NCBI RefSeq assembly: GCF_003918875.1
Contig: NW_025766988.1
Location: 124,001 to 188,000 of the forward strand
Source of the DNA: Haliotis rubra
Lineage: Eukaryota
Direction of reading: 5' to 3'
DNA length: 64,000 bases
The position numbers and the translations under genes are program-made. The notes beneath the pieces were generated by a model. The model had not been told where the DNA came from, did not search any database, and saw nothing but the letters and a program-made list of their open reading frames with translations. Position 1 is the stretch's first letter. The number at the start of each line of letters is the position of its first letter. Of the stretch, positions 37,531-52,561 are shown piece by piece.

Positions 37531-38809
37531 AAATAGAAATTCAAAGCTTGCGAAGCACATTTAATGGCACTTGCATATATTTCAAGACTACTTGAAGTTT
37601 GTTTTGCGAACCAAAACCTTCGCTGTCGGCGAAATATCATCTTTCACCTCATAAGAAAACTATGTCTGTTTTAAAGAGTTGCAAGCTGTCATTCTCGCCT
37701 GGTTTCATTTTATAGATGTATATATATTTATGATAGCACTGAATGAAACTAGGTGAGACTGACGACTTATATATATATACAGTCAATCAGTTCATGATTA
37801 CCCCAACCAGCCAGGGGCAATATCCCCGCTTCACGCAGAGTTCCAATTACCCCGTAGAGACCTAGATAGAAATGGGCTTCAGATAGTTGAACACACCCCA
37901 CGATATCGTGTTAACGACCATTTCATTGAGAGGTTCCATAACAACGGAAATATAACGGCAATTAGGAGCAATTCAAACAACTTGGTAAATACCCATCTCA
38001 TCTTTTACCCTTCAACAATGCACAGCCTTTGGGAAGTAATCTTCAGACGTAACGCTGCAGTGGGCCCAGCACGGCTCCAGCGGCCAGGTCGTTCTACATC
38101 CCACCAGACATTAGACAAATATCAGCAAACACAGAGTACCTGAGTTCGGCAACTCAAAGACAGACGGTTGGAGTTTTTGTTCCTTGATGTAGTACCGCCA
38201 TCTTGACTGTATAATGAAGTCACAACAAATGGTATCCATTAAGAGAAAGGCGCGAGGCATTCTACAACCATGTTGTGTTTCAATACACGCCGATGTTTTT
38301 TCGTCGTAACCGACTCGGGCTGACATACATTATGCCCCTTCGCGATCCCCACTTTTACGCATTTGTGAGCGGATTGCGGGGATAAATAAACAGGTTAAGA
38401 AAGGGATATGTTGCTTTGCTTTCTCCCCGTGTTGACCTTTCATAGGGCCAAGGGGTTTTGTTATCTATCATCTAATTTGCCCCCCCGGGACCACGGATGA
38501 CGTCTGAGCTTTAGAGAGTGTGCCGACGGTTGTGGGTAAAGAATACAAATAAACGAACTTCGTATGAGTTTTGTCAAGTTACAATTCGTACGAGCGTCTT
38601 TGTTCGTATGTAGGGAAAACATGAATATTATTGAGAAGAAGGTGACAGGGTCGACTGGTTGTTTGGGTTTGAATCCAAAAGCTATTCTTGGTACCACAGC
38701 ACAGTGCGAGCAGGGAGTTGTTATTTAACGTTGGCAAATGTCTTCCTTCATTTGTAACCTTGTTATGTTCACTCCCAAGTAAGGCGGCCTCCGTGGCTTA
38801 GTGGAGTAG

Positions 38810-40252
38810 TGAGTGAGTTTAGTTTTACGCCGCTTTTGGCAATATTCCAGCAAAATCAGAAGCGAGACCAGAAATGGGCTTCAGACATTGTACCCATGTG
38901 GGGAATCGAACCCGGGTTTTCGGCGTGACGAGCGAACGCTTTAACCACTAGGCTACCCCACCGCGCCGACAAAGTGTTGAAGACGTCCCAGGGTGTTATT
39001 CTCGATCCAAGGGCGTATTATTCTGAAAGGCGTAAAACCCATGAAGATTCGGGTTAGAATTGGTCCTCAGCAACCCATGCTTGTCGTAAGAGTAGATCGA
39101 TGCTCGTGATGTCAATCACTGTATTGTCTGGTCCAGACTCGAATATTTACAGGCCGCCGTCATATAGCTGGAAAATTGCTCAGTGCGGCGTTTGACAACA
39201 AACAGACAAATAAAAGGCATTTAGAAGATTGTACATGTTGTCACCCTGGCTTTTGATATTAATCTAGACATAAGGACTTGTTGTGTCGTAGTCAGTGTAC
39301 TTTGTGTGGTACGGTATCCATGTTAAACTGTTATATGGAATTTTAGTGGGCGACGGAAGTCCGGAATAATACAGGCACGCAAGCATGGTCACGATGCTGA
39401 ATCTAAATATATTTCCTGGTTTGTCAGCACTACATCCGGGCATGCGAATTTGTCACTTGCATCTAAGCTGACATGCCTTGGTATAGTTAAACTGTTCAGA
39501 GCGTCGTAACATGTCATATTTGGGATTAATCTTTCTCAGTAAATATGTTATATTTGACAACTTTCTAAATGGCGTTGTGCATTGCGAGCGCCGTTTACCC
39601 AAACTCAGGAAGGGATTTCAACTAACCAAAAGCACGGAATCTTCTCTCAAGTGATGTAGGGGCGGTGGGGTAGCCTAGTGGTTAAAGTGTTCGCTCGCCA
39701 CGCCGCAGGCCCGGGTTCTATTCCCCACATGGGTACAATGTGTGCAGCCCATTTCTGGTGTCCCTCGCCGTGATATTGCTTGAATATTGCTAAAACCATA
39801 CTCACTCACTCACTCGAGTGATGTAACTTCTATTCACAGGTAACGAGTACAGCGTACAGTGTTCTTCACCACTCAGAAGTGTTTTATCGATATGACAGCT
39901 ACTGACACCAAGCGTGCGAATGGTTTTACGTAGCTTTCAGCAACATCACAGCAATATCAGCAACAGCAATAACGGGCGACACAAGAAATAAATATTGTAC
40001 CCATTTGGGAAATCGAGTGAGCAAGTGACTTTGGTTTTACGCCGCTTTTAGCAATATTCCAGCAATATCACGGCGGGGGATACCAGAAATGGGCTTCACT
40101 CATTGTACCCATGTGGGGAATAGAACCCGGGCCTTCGGCGTGACGAGCGAACGCCTCAACCACTAGGCTACCCCACCGCCCCTTGGGGAATCGAACCCGG
40201 GTGTTTCGCGTGATGAGCGAACACTTTACCCAATAAGCTAACCCCAACAGCC
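38810..40252. mobile_element. SINE cluster: A 38810-38967 (-), B 39038-39210 (+), A 39658-39815 (+), nested A-in-A 39920-40252 (-)
   Basis: Consensus matches. Confidence 0.85.
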
Positions 40253-40853
40253 TAGTTGACGCTGAGAATGCATAGGGCTATTCTTAATCTGATTTACCTG
40301 CTTCAAATGTGAAATACTCAAGACAAACTTCTCTTCGGGTGTCCCTCCTCTATTAAACAGACGGTTCTGGATATATGTACCAATTACTGAAATAGTATTC
40401 AGCACCCTCCCTAAAACATCCCAACATCTGAGGTTCGATCCAGGTATCAGTATCCTCCCAGCCTCAATGTACCTGTCGTTTTCTTACTCTCGGCGACGCG
40501 TGTATCGACCTGAACAGCACGACACCAGCCGTTACGTTCTACACCCTCACCCTACGTGTGAATGGACTGATATACGATCGGAACAGCCCATGGTGAACAT
40601 GGGTTTCTCGGTTGTAAGTGGACTATGTCAGTATACTGTAATCTGGCCCGAGGGTGTTTGTATCAACGCAGGTGCATGTGCAGGAGCAGGTGCTTGTACA
40701 ACCAAACCATATCAGAATTTATAATCCAAACTCACAGCTATACTGTTAAATCAGAACTGATTTACTACAGGAATTCATTTTTGAAATTTGTATACTTAAC
40801 TTATTGTATAATTGTTACGCATTAACCTCCCTTACATTTTGAAAAAACAAAAC

Positions 40854-40885
<32 letters not shown>

Positions 40886-40997
40886 TCAATGAAAGTTAGT
40901 TTTTATACAGAAAGTGCCACTTTGAAAGTCCATGTTGTGTTCGCATGCAAGATGGTATGAGCTTATGTTTATGTTTATATAATGGTTTAATACATAA

Positions 40998-41226
40998 CCA
41001 GTGTATGAAATAAGGCCCGTCCGACCGCCCGAGACGGTCTAGATTTCTGACGGACTGTCTAAATTTACAGCTAACCAGCCCGATGGTCTGTTAAAAGATT
41101 TAGATGTTCCATACATCTCAGTAAATTCACCATATTTGGTCTGGTTCAATCCATTCTGGGCTGTTAACATTTTAAAGTTACCACCCCGGATGTCTGGCTG
41201 GATTTTTGGCCTATTTCGTACACTGG
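40998..41226. mobile_element. MITE with imperfect TIRs
   Basis: CCAGTGTATGAAATAAGGCC ... GGCCTATTTCGTACACTGG. Confidence 0.7.
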
Positions 41227-43161
41227 CAAAACACAACAATTATGGCATCAAGACAAAATTTCAACTAATGGGGCTTCATCTAGTCTACTCATTTCGGGAA
41301 CAATAGATTGAGTTTTTAATGTAGCATGTGACATTTATGGATAATAACTTCTTGTTTATTGCATGGAATGAAGTTTCGATGTAGATCCTTACATCGTTTT
41401 CACACTTCATTTTCACGAGAGTTTCAATGATCATTTAATAAACTTTCAGGACAAAATGGGGAGGTGGGGTTTGCGCACCCCCTCTGGATCCGCCTAAGCT
41501 TACGTACAATCACCTAATAAGCCCATTCTCTTGGCACAATTCGGGGACAGTCGCGGTACACCACTTCTATATCACTCAAAGGAATGGGGCTGTAGCATGG
41601 ACTACAATGTAAGTAAATCTTGACCAAACGCTTCATTCTTACTTCGTCTGTTGATTGGAAAATCTGAAAACATTGCGAATAAACTCACTTCTTCACAACG
41701 TACACCTTAAAAAATATCCTCCAGGTAATTGGGATATAACACCGACTGCCAAATAAACCTTCTCTCTCGACCGTGTAGCAGGGTAGTGTTAAGAGCTTGC
41801 GCTCGCGCGGTGTTCAGAGCAGGCCGTTAACTGTCCACACGCAGCAGACGACAGGTGTGCTCGAATCACGTCTACCGTAGCAGACGACACAGGTGGAGTG
41901 ACTCCATTCGAAGTACGCAGATGAGTGCAATTCACCGGAATATTACAACTGTTTGCTTCCGTACACGATACTACAGCCTGGGCAGAGAGCACCCGTATTC
42001 ACACACTAGAAGCAGACGACATGTCAAGCGGTCAAGCGAGGATGAACTTTTTGGTGCAGGATTGAGTGCGTTATAGTAATAATGGAGATGGGAGTTGGGA
42101 AATCCCCCAGGGCAAGTAACACGGACGGGATTGTTTGAGTAGAGGTGCGGATGAGAGGAGGAATACTGCTGGATTCGTCGGAGCCACACTGGTGTTCCGT
42201 GCACAGAGGTTAAGTTGGAACACTTAGTGGTGTTGGTTATATCGCCTGGTTTGTGCTTTTATCGTCTCTGTCCACATGGCATTTAAATTTCGTTTGTATT
42301 TTTGAACTCTCTTCATTGAAGACCAGGACTTGTTGATTCAAGAGAAGGATTTTATACAGTTTTGTGAGGAAACACGGTGTTTACCTTTCGAACAGGAACA
42401 AGTTTTAACGCGAGTTTTGTTGAAAGTGAATGTATTTCTTTACGACGGGTGGATACCGTGGGAAGACGAAAGGATTTGGAAGAAGGATAATTCATACGTT
42501 GAAATAGTGCTTTGATATCTCATCTGTTGTTATGGTTTCGGAATTTTCTAAATCAGCTTTTACCTGTGTGTAGGGATGGGGTCCTGCGACAGAGGCACAA
42601 CGAGTATACATGGCGATTTGTTACATGTTTGTGTTCCACAGCCCAAATAACATTGTACTATTGTCGGTGAAAAGACCGCTATTTGTCAAAGGCTAATCGG
42701 ACTTTATCTCTTGAGAAATTATACTCGGATACATGTGATATGATTGCATCTGTGGTTACAAAGGAAAATGTGTAATTACCATGTAGTGATTACAAAGTAT
42801 TCTGTGTCTATATATTAAAGAAGGCCCAGGATTTCCTGTTGCTCAGCTCGTCTTAATGCTGTATCATTGGAGAAGAGTACGTCAGTACGAGAAAGACAGA
42901 ACAGGCGACCAATCAGTATCCTTAGAATACCAGCTCATTTGCAGCCTCGTTGGAAATGTGCGGTTTTAAAATGATGAGGTATATCTAAAACTTTTGAAAC
43001 TTTGGGAACCGAGTCATAACTCACAAGCAGTTGGCTCGGCCAATCAGTGTTCATCTCTGGCAGATGTTATCCGATATATGACGACATATGAGGGAGACAG
43101 TTTCAAAGGAAACCTGAAGGATCTCCAAAAAGTGTTACCGTAGCAGACGACACTTGTGACA

Positions 43162-43497
43162 ATGTCGGACAGATTCGGTTGGCACGACTACTTGGTGCTG
43201 ACTTTGATGTTGGTGGTGTCGGCGTCGATAGGGCTGTATCATGGCTGCCGAGGAGGGGGACAAAAGACAACGGACGAGTACCTGTTGGGGGGACGGGACA
43301 TGAAGTTCCTTCCGGTCGCCTTCTCTGTCCTGGCCAGTTTCCTGTCCGCCATCACGGTGCTGGCAGTTCCTGTGGAAATTTATTTGTTTGGTGCTGCTTT
43401 CTGGGTGAACGCTCTGTCGTACTTCATATCTGTCCCCATCACAGCGCATGTGTTCATCCCACTCTTCCACAGACTCAAGCTCAGGAGCGTTTACGAG
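43162..43497 (+). CDS. SLC5 sodium:solute symporter (SLC5A5/6/8/12-like), first coding exon
   Basis: MSDRFGWHDYLVLTLMLVVSASIGLYHGCRGGGQKTTDEYLLGGRDMKFLPVAFSVLASFLSAITVLAVPVEIYLFG...RSVYE, the typical N-terminus of this subfamily. Donor GAG|GTAAAT, phase 0. Confidence 0.93.
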
Positions 43498-43880
43498 GTA
43501 AATGTCCAAATTTATAAGCCATCTTTCCGTAAGTGCTTTTTAAAAATCAAATTGCTGCGATGAAAACTTAATAATATAATTTTATTATATTTATTAAATT
43601 TTAGATATGATTTTATTATTGCGAGACTGTATTTGAATGTAAGAGAGGCGCAGTGGTCTTAAGTCTCAGACATCACATCGCTTACCAGAGTTACGTCCCT
43701 TGGTCCTGCCATGATCCGTTGAACGTTAGTTCGAATCTGCGACTCACGTAACTTATTATCCAACGCGTCAGTTCTATATCCGTGCTCGTGGTTTTCATCA
43801 AAGTGGTACAAAGTCCACAATCCAGGACTCCGATCACACATTATGATGGCGCGCCTTGAACACAAAGTACTTTTCAAATC

Positions 43881-44312
43881 AGGGGCGGTGGGGTAGCCTT
43901 GTGGTTAAAGCGTTTGCTCGTTAAGCTGAAGACCCGGGTTCGATAACCCATGGGTACAATGTGTGAAGCCCTTTTCTGGTGTCCCCCGCCGCGATAGTGC
44001 TGGAATATTGCTAAAAGCTCGCTCGCTCACTCACTCACTCACTTTTCAAAGCGGCGTTACCTGCTCACCCACTCACATATCGGCACGAGTGTTTAATGTT
44101 TCTAATATGCTGAGGTTGGTGTCGTGTCGGTGCTATAATGATTGCGATAGCGATGTAATTCTCAACTGGCGGTGGGGTAGCTTAGTGGTTAAAGCGTTTG
44201 TTTTTCCGGAGTTCGATTCCCCACATGGATACAAAGTGTGAATCCCGTTTCTGGTGTCCCCTACCGTAATATTATTGAAATATCGCTTGAAGCGGAGTAA
44301 AACTAAACACAC
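43881..44312 (+). mobile_element. two family A SINEs
   Basis: 43881-44042 and 44167-44312. Confidence 0.85.
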
Positions 44313-45267
44313 TAAAGTAGCAATGGTATGTAATTCGCAAGGTCCGTGCTGTTGTAACTTATCCAGGTGAGCTTCAGTGATGCATGCTAAATTTCATAAT
44401 TAAGACAGGATTTATACATAGATGGTATTATGTGACGGTAATATTAAACATAAGCAAAGAAAAGACCAATTACAAAAAAGAAACATCCATCATGATATCA
44501 ATGATATCAAGAGCTTAGAAGCCGTCACTCTCCGTAGCATCGTTAAACGTTCTATCGCAGTAAGGTCTCTCAAAAAGCACGTGGGAAACGAGCGGAGGTC
44601 ACCAAGAGGCCCTTCACGTGGGTTAGTAAAAAGCGCTGTCACATTAAGCGCGGGACTTTGTCAACATCGGCTCTTCATAGACTATAAAGTCCTCCTAAGT
44701 CGTAGAGTTCTATACGCTTTTAATAATGTAAATATACATTAAACGACTTCAATAAAACCAATTGTATTTGAATGTATACCGTTGGCAAATATTGCGTTCC
44801 CTCCGCACTGACGGGAACATGTATAGATAATGGATTCGACGTAATGATTCTCGGAAAAGGGCAGAGGTCAAGGCCAACGTGCACCCACAATGTGAAATGA
44901 CATTAGGGGTAGCCTGGTTTTCTATAGCTCACGGTAATAGGTAATGTTTAGGGAGCTGCATCACGATCACATTCAGAGTATGACAGAATCGCGTCAGATC
45001 TATTTAAGGAAGTAATAGACTTTAGAAATATATTTCATGCGGGGATTTGTGATGACATTGAATTGTTGATCCGGCACCTATTGAATGCTACGTAATGAAC
45101 GAAAGGGTGGGTGTACATGTACCCATATGACACGGTTTCATGGTGGGATCTGTGTCAGTCGCGTGGGTGTCTATATAATGTCTGACCGTGTGGCTATTAC
45201 CGACGATCAGTTGATCGTGGACGTTTGTCGCAGCGATATTGTCCTGTTGTGACTGTTATCTAATCAC

Positions 45268-45433
45268 GAGTGAGTGAGTGAGTTTAGTTTTACGCCGCCT
45301 TTTGCAATATTCCAGCACTATTACGGTGGGGACAAAAGAACAGGCTTGACACATTGTACCCATGCGGGGAATCGAACCCGGGTTTTCGGCGTGACGAGCG
45401 AACGCTTTAACCACTAGGCTACCCCACCGCCCT
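45268..45433 (-). mobile_element. SINE family A with target-site duplication TTATCTAATCACGAG
   Basis: Full length with a direct flanking repeat. Confidence 0.9.
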
Positions 45434-45671
45434 TATCTAATCACGAGGAAGACAGACAGGCTTTTGTGGGGGGTTTTAATCTCAAACACCAAACATATCA
45501 CAAGTGTCGTTTAAATAAAAGTGTAGAGACTATTTTGTTTTCCTTGAACAAATCTGTTGATGTTTTAATGTAAAAAGATATTCTGGCATGCTGGTTGACC
45601 AGATGTCATTCAGAAAAATTGGCGACCCCATTTGGGGTGCCTTCGGTTTATTCCAATACCTGCTTAACACC

Positions 45672-45784
45672 TGGGCCCAGATTTTCGAAGCTCTCTTAGC
45701 GCTAAGATTGTCGTAAGTGCCATACATTAACATTAACTTACGACTATCTTAGCGCTAAGAGAGCTTCGAAAATCTGGGCCCTGG
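45672..45784. mobile_element. palindromic MITE (same family as 24351-24465)
   Basis: GGGCCCAGATTTTCGAAGCTCTCTTAGCGCTAAGAT and its reverse complement. Confidence 0.88.
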
Positions 45785-46293
45785 GTCAGCGAAGGAGTAG
45801 TGATACTGCATAATTTCACTGTAAACAACACTCGTATCACTCCGCGCATCTCTCCGCGTATAGTCCGTACGAATTCGACAAAATGTTTAAACGAAATAGA
45901 TATCTGTTGCAAAATGTTAATACCGACGAAAACAAATCAAGAATCAAGGCTGCTATCAGATTGAGTTGTGAAATGTGATAGTCACCTGAACTAGTGAAAT
46001 AAGTTCAAACATGGAATTAATGCTGGCTGCTATGATCATTTTGGTTTGAGGCGAGACTAGTGTCGGCGACCAGAGTCGCCCCAAATATCTCATATATATC
46101 ACTGCAACTCGTACATAATTCTCAGGACCCTTCAAATACAGCTCGGCGTGTCTTTCGTTTCGTTAGCTTTCCTTTCAAATCAGTCACGCTGTGATATAGA
46201 CCTGTTCAAAACAACTTTAGACCAGATCAGACTCTCTTATTTTATTTCGACCACAGGTTTATAACAGGCAATCTGAAAACAATGTATGAAGAA

Positions 46294-48240
46294 GGTTGGT
46301 TGGTTGGTTGGTTTGTTGTTTAACGCTGCACTTAGCAATATTACGGCGGTCTGTAAATAATCGAGTCTGGGCGAGATAATCCAGTGATCACCATCATGAA
46401 CATCGATATACGCATTTGGGATACGATGACATGTGTCAACAAAGTCAGCGAGCCTGACCACCCGATACCGTTAGTCGCCTCTTAACACAAGCATGGGTTA
46501 CTGAAGAACAATTCTAACCCGGATCTCCACGGGTCGTATGAAGAACGACTCTCAGATGCCCTGTCATGGTGCACGTGCAGATCGAGCACGATGACGGAGC
46601 ATACTTTAATACACAAGAATCAGAGTCTGTGATTTCTTCGTATAACGAAAACAACATTCGACGTTAAAGGAAAAATGATTTACTGAAACTTTGAATACTG
46701 CAGACTTCCATGGCCCTTGCATCGCCAGAAAAAGATCCAATCCTACTTGGACTTTGTTGTATTTGTTGGTCCAGACTTGGTTATTTACAGGCCTCCCCCA
46801 TATAGCTGGGATATTGCTGAGTGCGGGGTTAAACAACAAACCAACCAACCAGTGAAGATCCGGGACTTCAGCAACCCTGTTGGATCGGGTGGTCAGGCTC
46901 GCTGACTTGGTTGATGCCTGTCATAGTAGCCCATTTACGTCAATTAAAATAAATGTTTATGATATCAATCTTCGGAATTTCTGGCCCAGACGCCATTAGT
47001 TACAGGTGAGGTGAGGTGAAATTGGGTTTTACGTCGTGCTTGAGAATATTTCGCTCATATGACGACGTGCATGCGTGTGTATGTGAATGTGCGGCTGCTT
47101 GTACTAGCCCAGACTTAAGCTGGTTTTATAGTGCTAGCCCACTGAGATACCATGCCGCAGTGAAGCAGGAATACCCCGTTCAGACACATTATACTGACTC
47201 CGAGCCGACCAGTCCTTGTTGTACCCATTAATGCCGAGCGCCAGACAGGGACCATCAAGAACCATATTTTAACGTTCTTTTGGTATGACGCGGTCGGGGA
47301 TCGAACCCGCGACCTTCCGCTCTCCGGGCGGACGCTCTAACCACTACACCACGGAGGCGGTCCCATTAGTTACAGACCGCCGTCATATAGCTGGTATATT
47401 GCTGGGCGCAGCGTTGAATAACAAACAAACAAACATCAGTTTTGAATGTACCTATGAAATAAAAAAGAACACTGGATGGATATTGTAATACTGTTATCGC
47501 CATACGTTTCTGAAGTAACTAGGCAGGAATTAGAGCGTTGTTTCCGCCGTGTGACATAGCCCAGGGGAAATATTACTATCGATCTGTTCCGTTCGGTATA
47601 GTGATTTATTATTCTATGTGTATTCGATTATTAATTGATTATTAATTGTAAGACCTTAGTCAATATAAGGTTACATTTCTGGCAAACGGTGTTGTCTGGA
47701 TTCACTCTGATTATCCTCTGTTAATCACGAATAGTTTAGGACTGACTGACTGACTGAGTTTGGTTTTACGCCGCTTTATCAATATTCCAGCAACATCACG
47801 GCGGGGGACACCAGAAATGGGCTTCACACATTGTACCCATGTGGGGATTCGAACCCGGGTCTTCGGCGTGACGAGCCAACGCTTTAACCATTAGGCTACC
47901 CCACCGCCCCGAATAATTTAGGACAGTATACAAAATAAAACGCATACGTGCATTGATGGACATAAAACAAGATGTCTGCCGGAAGAAGAAGCACAGTCAT
48001 GCGCACTGCTGTATCACGTAACTATGTGACGTTAACGTGTGTTTAGAAAGTATGGTTGGTTGGTTGTTTTACGCTGCACTCAGCAATATTCGAGCTATAT
48101 GGCGGCGGTCTGTAAACAATTGAATAGGACCAGCCAATCCAGTGATCAACAGTATGAGAATCGATCTACGCAATTGGGATACGATGACGTGTGTCAACCA
48201 AGCCAGCGAGTCACCTGACCACCTGATTCCGTTCACGGGT
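46294..48240. mobile_element. SINE cluster: B 46294-46535 (-); B fragments 46768-47435 (+) interrupted by family C 47006-47362 (-); A 47741-47910 (-); B 48054-48240 (-)
   Basis: The family C copy is flanked by the duplication CCATTAGTTACAG. Confidence 0.87.
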
Positions 48241-49577
48241 CTGAAAGTATGGGCTACTTTGGTTTAGCGTAAGTATAACGGAAATGAGAACATGTTAGAA
48301 CAATAGTTATCCCGTGCTCAACAGGTGTTCGCCTCGGACGTCCGGTGTTTTGAAATTGAATACAAACACTGATTAAATAGAAGTTACAACTGCGAGAATA
48401 TAACGTGGGGTTGAGGTGTTGATGAAGAGTTAGTACCCCTTCCCCACCCGCCCGGTGTTCATTTCCGGTGTAATCTCAAGGTTATTGGTTTGTGTCAAAC
48501 TGAGACATTGTCTCTGAGTAAATATAACAAGTATTTGTGAATTAAAGAGTTGAATGAAACTTTCTAGTAAGGACATTTTGCCTGAGTATAGTCCCTGTCT
48601 TCTAAACATGTCTAAATCCTGAGCATGTGTACATTAATGAGATGCTCAATTCAGATGGTGTTGATGCTGTTCGATGTGTTTGGATAGAATACATTAAATA
48701 TGTATTCCGTTTAGGATTTAAACAATCTTGAACCTGTTTAGATCTAAATATGTCTTGCAGGTGTTTATAGTTTTTGGGTGTAACTACCTGGTTTAAAATT
48801 TTACTCCAGATGACCACATAACCATTGTTTGAAATGTTATAAATTTGCGCCGAAAATGTACAGCAAATGTATTAATTTTCAAAAGTAAGATGTCTGTGAT
48901 ACCACCGGAAGTTGTGTATTATGCGATGTAAATGGTTTTGTAAGTTGTTTTGTTCTTTTTTAAAAACCCCACCTTTTGTTGTTTGAGTGCCGATTAAACG
49001 CCGGTAAGGTTCTTATTTTGGACATAAAGTTTTCCGATATTTTCTGTTATACATGTGAACAATTATGAAAGGTGTAGTTCATTTACAGCTCAGTATACTT
49101 GAACTGGTGTTCAGGGTCTGGTTTTAGGGGCTTGCCTAGACACGTTGCATTTGTCAGGTACAATGTATCGCAAACTTAAGACGCTTCGCATCACTGATTT
49201 TACTCTCGGGGAGTGTCGTTTCAACCCCATCGCAATTGCGGGACGTTGCAAATAGGTCTTCAGTGTGAGGTCACCCTGCATTTAACGTTATACAGCTGTG
49301 GCGATGTTCTTTTCATTTGGGTTTAAGGAAACACACCTGTCTCTTGTAAGGTGTGCACTGTTTGATCTGACTGTTCAGCTGACAGATCATTCAACCGAGA
49401 TTGTCTTAGGCCAACAACCCGCGTTGTTTACCATGTTGATTCAAACTGTAAGGTGCGATAACTATACTCTCGGGGAAAAGAAAGTATACACTTGGGTCTT
49501 GGCCCCAAAATTACAAACGTTATGCAAACGTTACTAGGCTGAAAACAGACGCTGAAATACTGCAATTTAAGATCCAG

Positions 49578-52170
49578 TGCGTACTTGCACAAAGCGATCG
49601 TAGCGCTAACACCGTTAGTCTATGTTAGATTATGGGAGTATGGCACTAAGAGCGCTAAAACCGTCTTAAGTCTATGTTAGAGTATGGGAGTATGGCACTA
49701 AGATCACTAAGACCGTCTTTAGTCTATGTTAGAATATGGGAGTATAGCACTAAGATATAGCCAAGGCCGTGTTAAGTCTATGTTAGAGTATGGGAGTATG
49801 GCACTAAGATCGCTGAGACCGTCTTAAGTCTATGTAAGATTATGGGAGTATAGCACTAAGATCGCTAAGACCGTCTTAAGTCTATGTTAGAGTATGGGAG
49901 TATGGCACTAAGGTAGCTAAGACCGTCTTAAGTCTATGTTAGATTATGGGAGTATGGCACTAAGATCCTCAAGATCGTCTTACGTTATGTTAGATTATGG
50001 GCTTATGGCACTAATATCGCTGAGACCGTCTTTAGTCTATGTTAGAGTATGGGAGTATGGCACTTATATCGCTGAGACCGTCTTTAGTCTATGTTAGAGT
50101 ATGGGATTATGGCACTAAGATCGTCAAGATCGTCTTACGTCTATGTAAGATAATGGGAGTATGACACTAAGATCGTCAAGACCGTCTTAAGTCTATGTTA
50201 GAGTATGGGATTATGGCACTAAGATCGTCAAGATCGTCTTACGTCTATGTTAGATTATGGGAGTATGGCACTAAGATAGCTAAGACCGTCTTAAGTCTAT
50301 GTTAGATTATGGGAGTATGGCACTAAGATTGTCAAGATCGTCTTAAGTCTATGTTAGATAATGGGAGTATGGCACTAAGATAGCTAAGACCGTCTTAAGT
50401 CTATGTTAGATTATGGGAGTATGGCACTAAGATCGTCAAGATCGTCTTAAGTCTATGTTAGAGTATGGGAGTATGGCACTAAGATCGTCAAGATCGTCTT
50501 AAGCCTATGTTAGATTATGGGAGTATGGCACTAAGATCGTCAAGATCATCTTAAGTGTATGTTAGATTATGGAAATATGGCACTAAGATCGCTGAGACCA
50601 TCTTAAGTCTATGTTAGATTTTGGGAGTAAGGCACTAAGATCCTCAAGATCGTCTTAAGTCTATGTTAGAGTATGGGAGTATGGCACTAAGATCGCTAAG
50701 ATCGTCTTAAGTCTATGTTAGATTTTGGGCGTATGGCACTAAGATCGTCAAGACCGTCTTAAGTCTATGTTAGATTATGGGAGTATGGCACTAAGATCGT
50801 CAAGATCATCTTCAGTCTATGTTAGATTATGGGAGTATGGCACTAAGATCGTCAAGATCATCTTAAGTGTATGTTAGATTATGGAAATATGGCACTAAGG
50901 TCACTGAGACCCTTCTTAAGTCTATGTTAGATTTTGGGCGTATGGCACTAAGATCGTCAAGATCGTCTTAAGTCTATGTTAGATTATGGGAGTATGGCAC
51001 TGAGATCGCTAAGACCGTCTTAAGTCTATGTTAGATTATGGGAATATGGCACTAAGATCGTCAAAATCGTCTTACGTCTATGTTAGATTATGGGAGTATG
51101 GCACTAAGATCGTCAAGATCGTCTTAAGTCTATGTTAGATTACGGGAGTATGGCACTAAGATCGCTGAGACTGTCTTAAGTCTATGTTAGATTATGGGCG
51201 TATGGCACTAAGATCGTCAAGACCGTCTTTAGTCTATGTTAGAGTATGGAAGTATGGCACTAATATCGCTGAGACCGTCTTTAGTCTATGTTAGAGTATG
51301 GGAGTATGGCACTAAGATCGCTGAGACCATCTTAAGTCTATGTTATATTATGGGAGTATGGCACTAAGATCGTCAAGACCGTCTTTAGTCTATGTTAGAG
51401 TATGGGAGTATAGCACTAAGATCGCTAAGACCGTCTTAAGTCTATGTTATATTATGGGAGTATGGCACTAAGATCGCTGAGACCGTCTTAAGTCTATGTT
51501 AGATTATGGGAGTATAGCACTAAGACCTTCAAGACCGCCTTAAGTCTATGTTAGAGTATGGAAGTATAGCACTAAGATCGCTAAGACCGTCTTAAGTCTA
51601 TGTTAGATTACGGGAGCATGGCACTGAGATCGCTAAGACCGTCTTAAGTCTATGTTAGAGTATGGGAGTATAGCACTAAGATCGTCAAGACCGTCTTTAG
51701 TCTATGTTAGAGTATGGAAGTATAGCACTAAGATCGCTAAGACCGTCTTAAGTCTATGTTAGATTACGGGAGTATAGCACTAAGATGTTCAAGACCGTCT
51801 TTAGTCTATGTTAGAGTATGGGAGTATAGCACTAAGATCGCTAAGACCGTCTTAAGTCTATGTTAGAGTATGGGAGTATGACACTAAGATAGCTAAGACC
51901 GTCGTAAGTCTATGTTAGATTACGGGAACATGGCACTGAGATCGCTAAGACCGTCTTAAGTCTATGTTAGATTACGGGAGTATGGCACTAAGATCGCTGA
52001 GACCGTCTTTAGTCTATGTTAGATTACGGGAGCATGGCACTGAGATCGCTAAGACCGTCTTAAGTCTATGTTAGAGTATGGGAGTATGGCACTAAGATCG
52101 CTGAGACCGTCTTTAGTCTATGTTAGATTATGGGAGTACAGCGCTAAGCTCGCTTTGTACAAGTGCACCC
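49578..52170. repeat. 52-bp satellite (about 48 units) enclosed by MITE-type inverted termini
   Basis: Unit GTCTATGTTAGAKTATGGGAGTATGGCACTAAGATCGCTAAGACCGTCTTAA. Ends TACTTGCACAAAGCGA / TCGCTTTGTACAAGTG. Confidence 0.95.
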
Positions 52171-52561
52171 AGGACCGAATATCACCAGACCATGAGTTCC
52201 AAGCATCTAAGAGTCAAGACATTTCTAAGATTCCTCCACAATACGACTTGGTAAATATCCTGTACGTAAGTGTGTGTTATGCGTTCAGGATTTCCATGTG
52301 GATTCCTGATTCCGTATCTACTGTAAACCTTCCTCATCCTGAATTCGATAGAAACATTGTAACTTGGAATGTGTTCATTAAATGGTTATGGCAACATGTC
52401 AAAACGTGCATCACGCACTCTCTGCAAATTGCAATGCAATTTATACAAGGGACCTGTAACTGCAATAGTCATACAGAAATGCCACCTATTACTCGCCCAA
52501 AGACAACATGTCATCCATCCTTCCATCCATATATTTCCGCTCAGATCGACCTGTAATTTTT

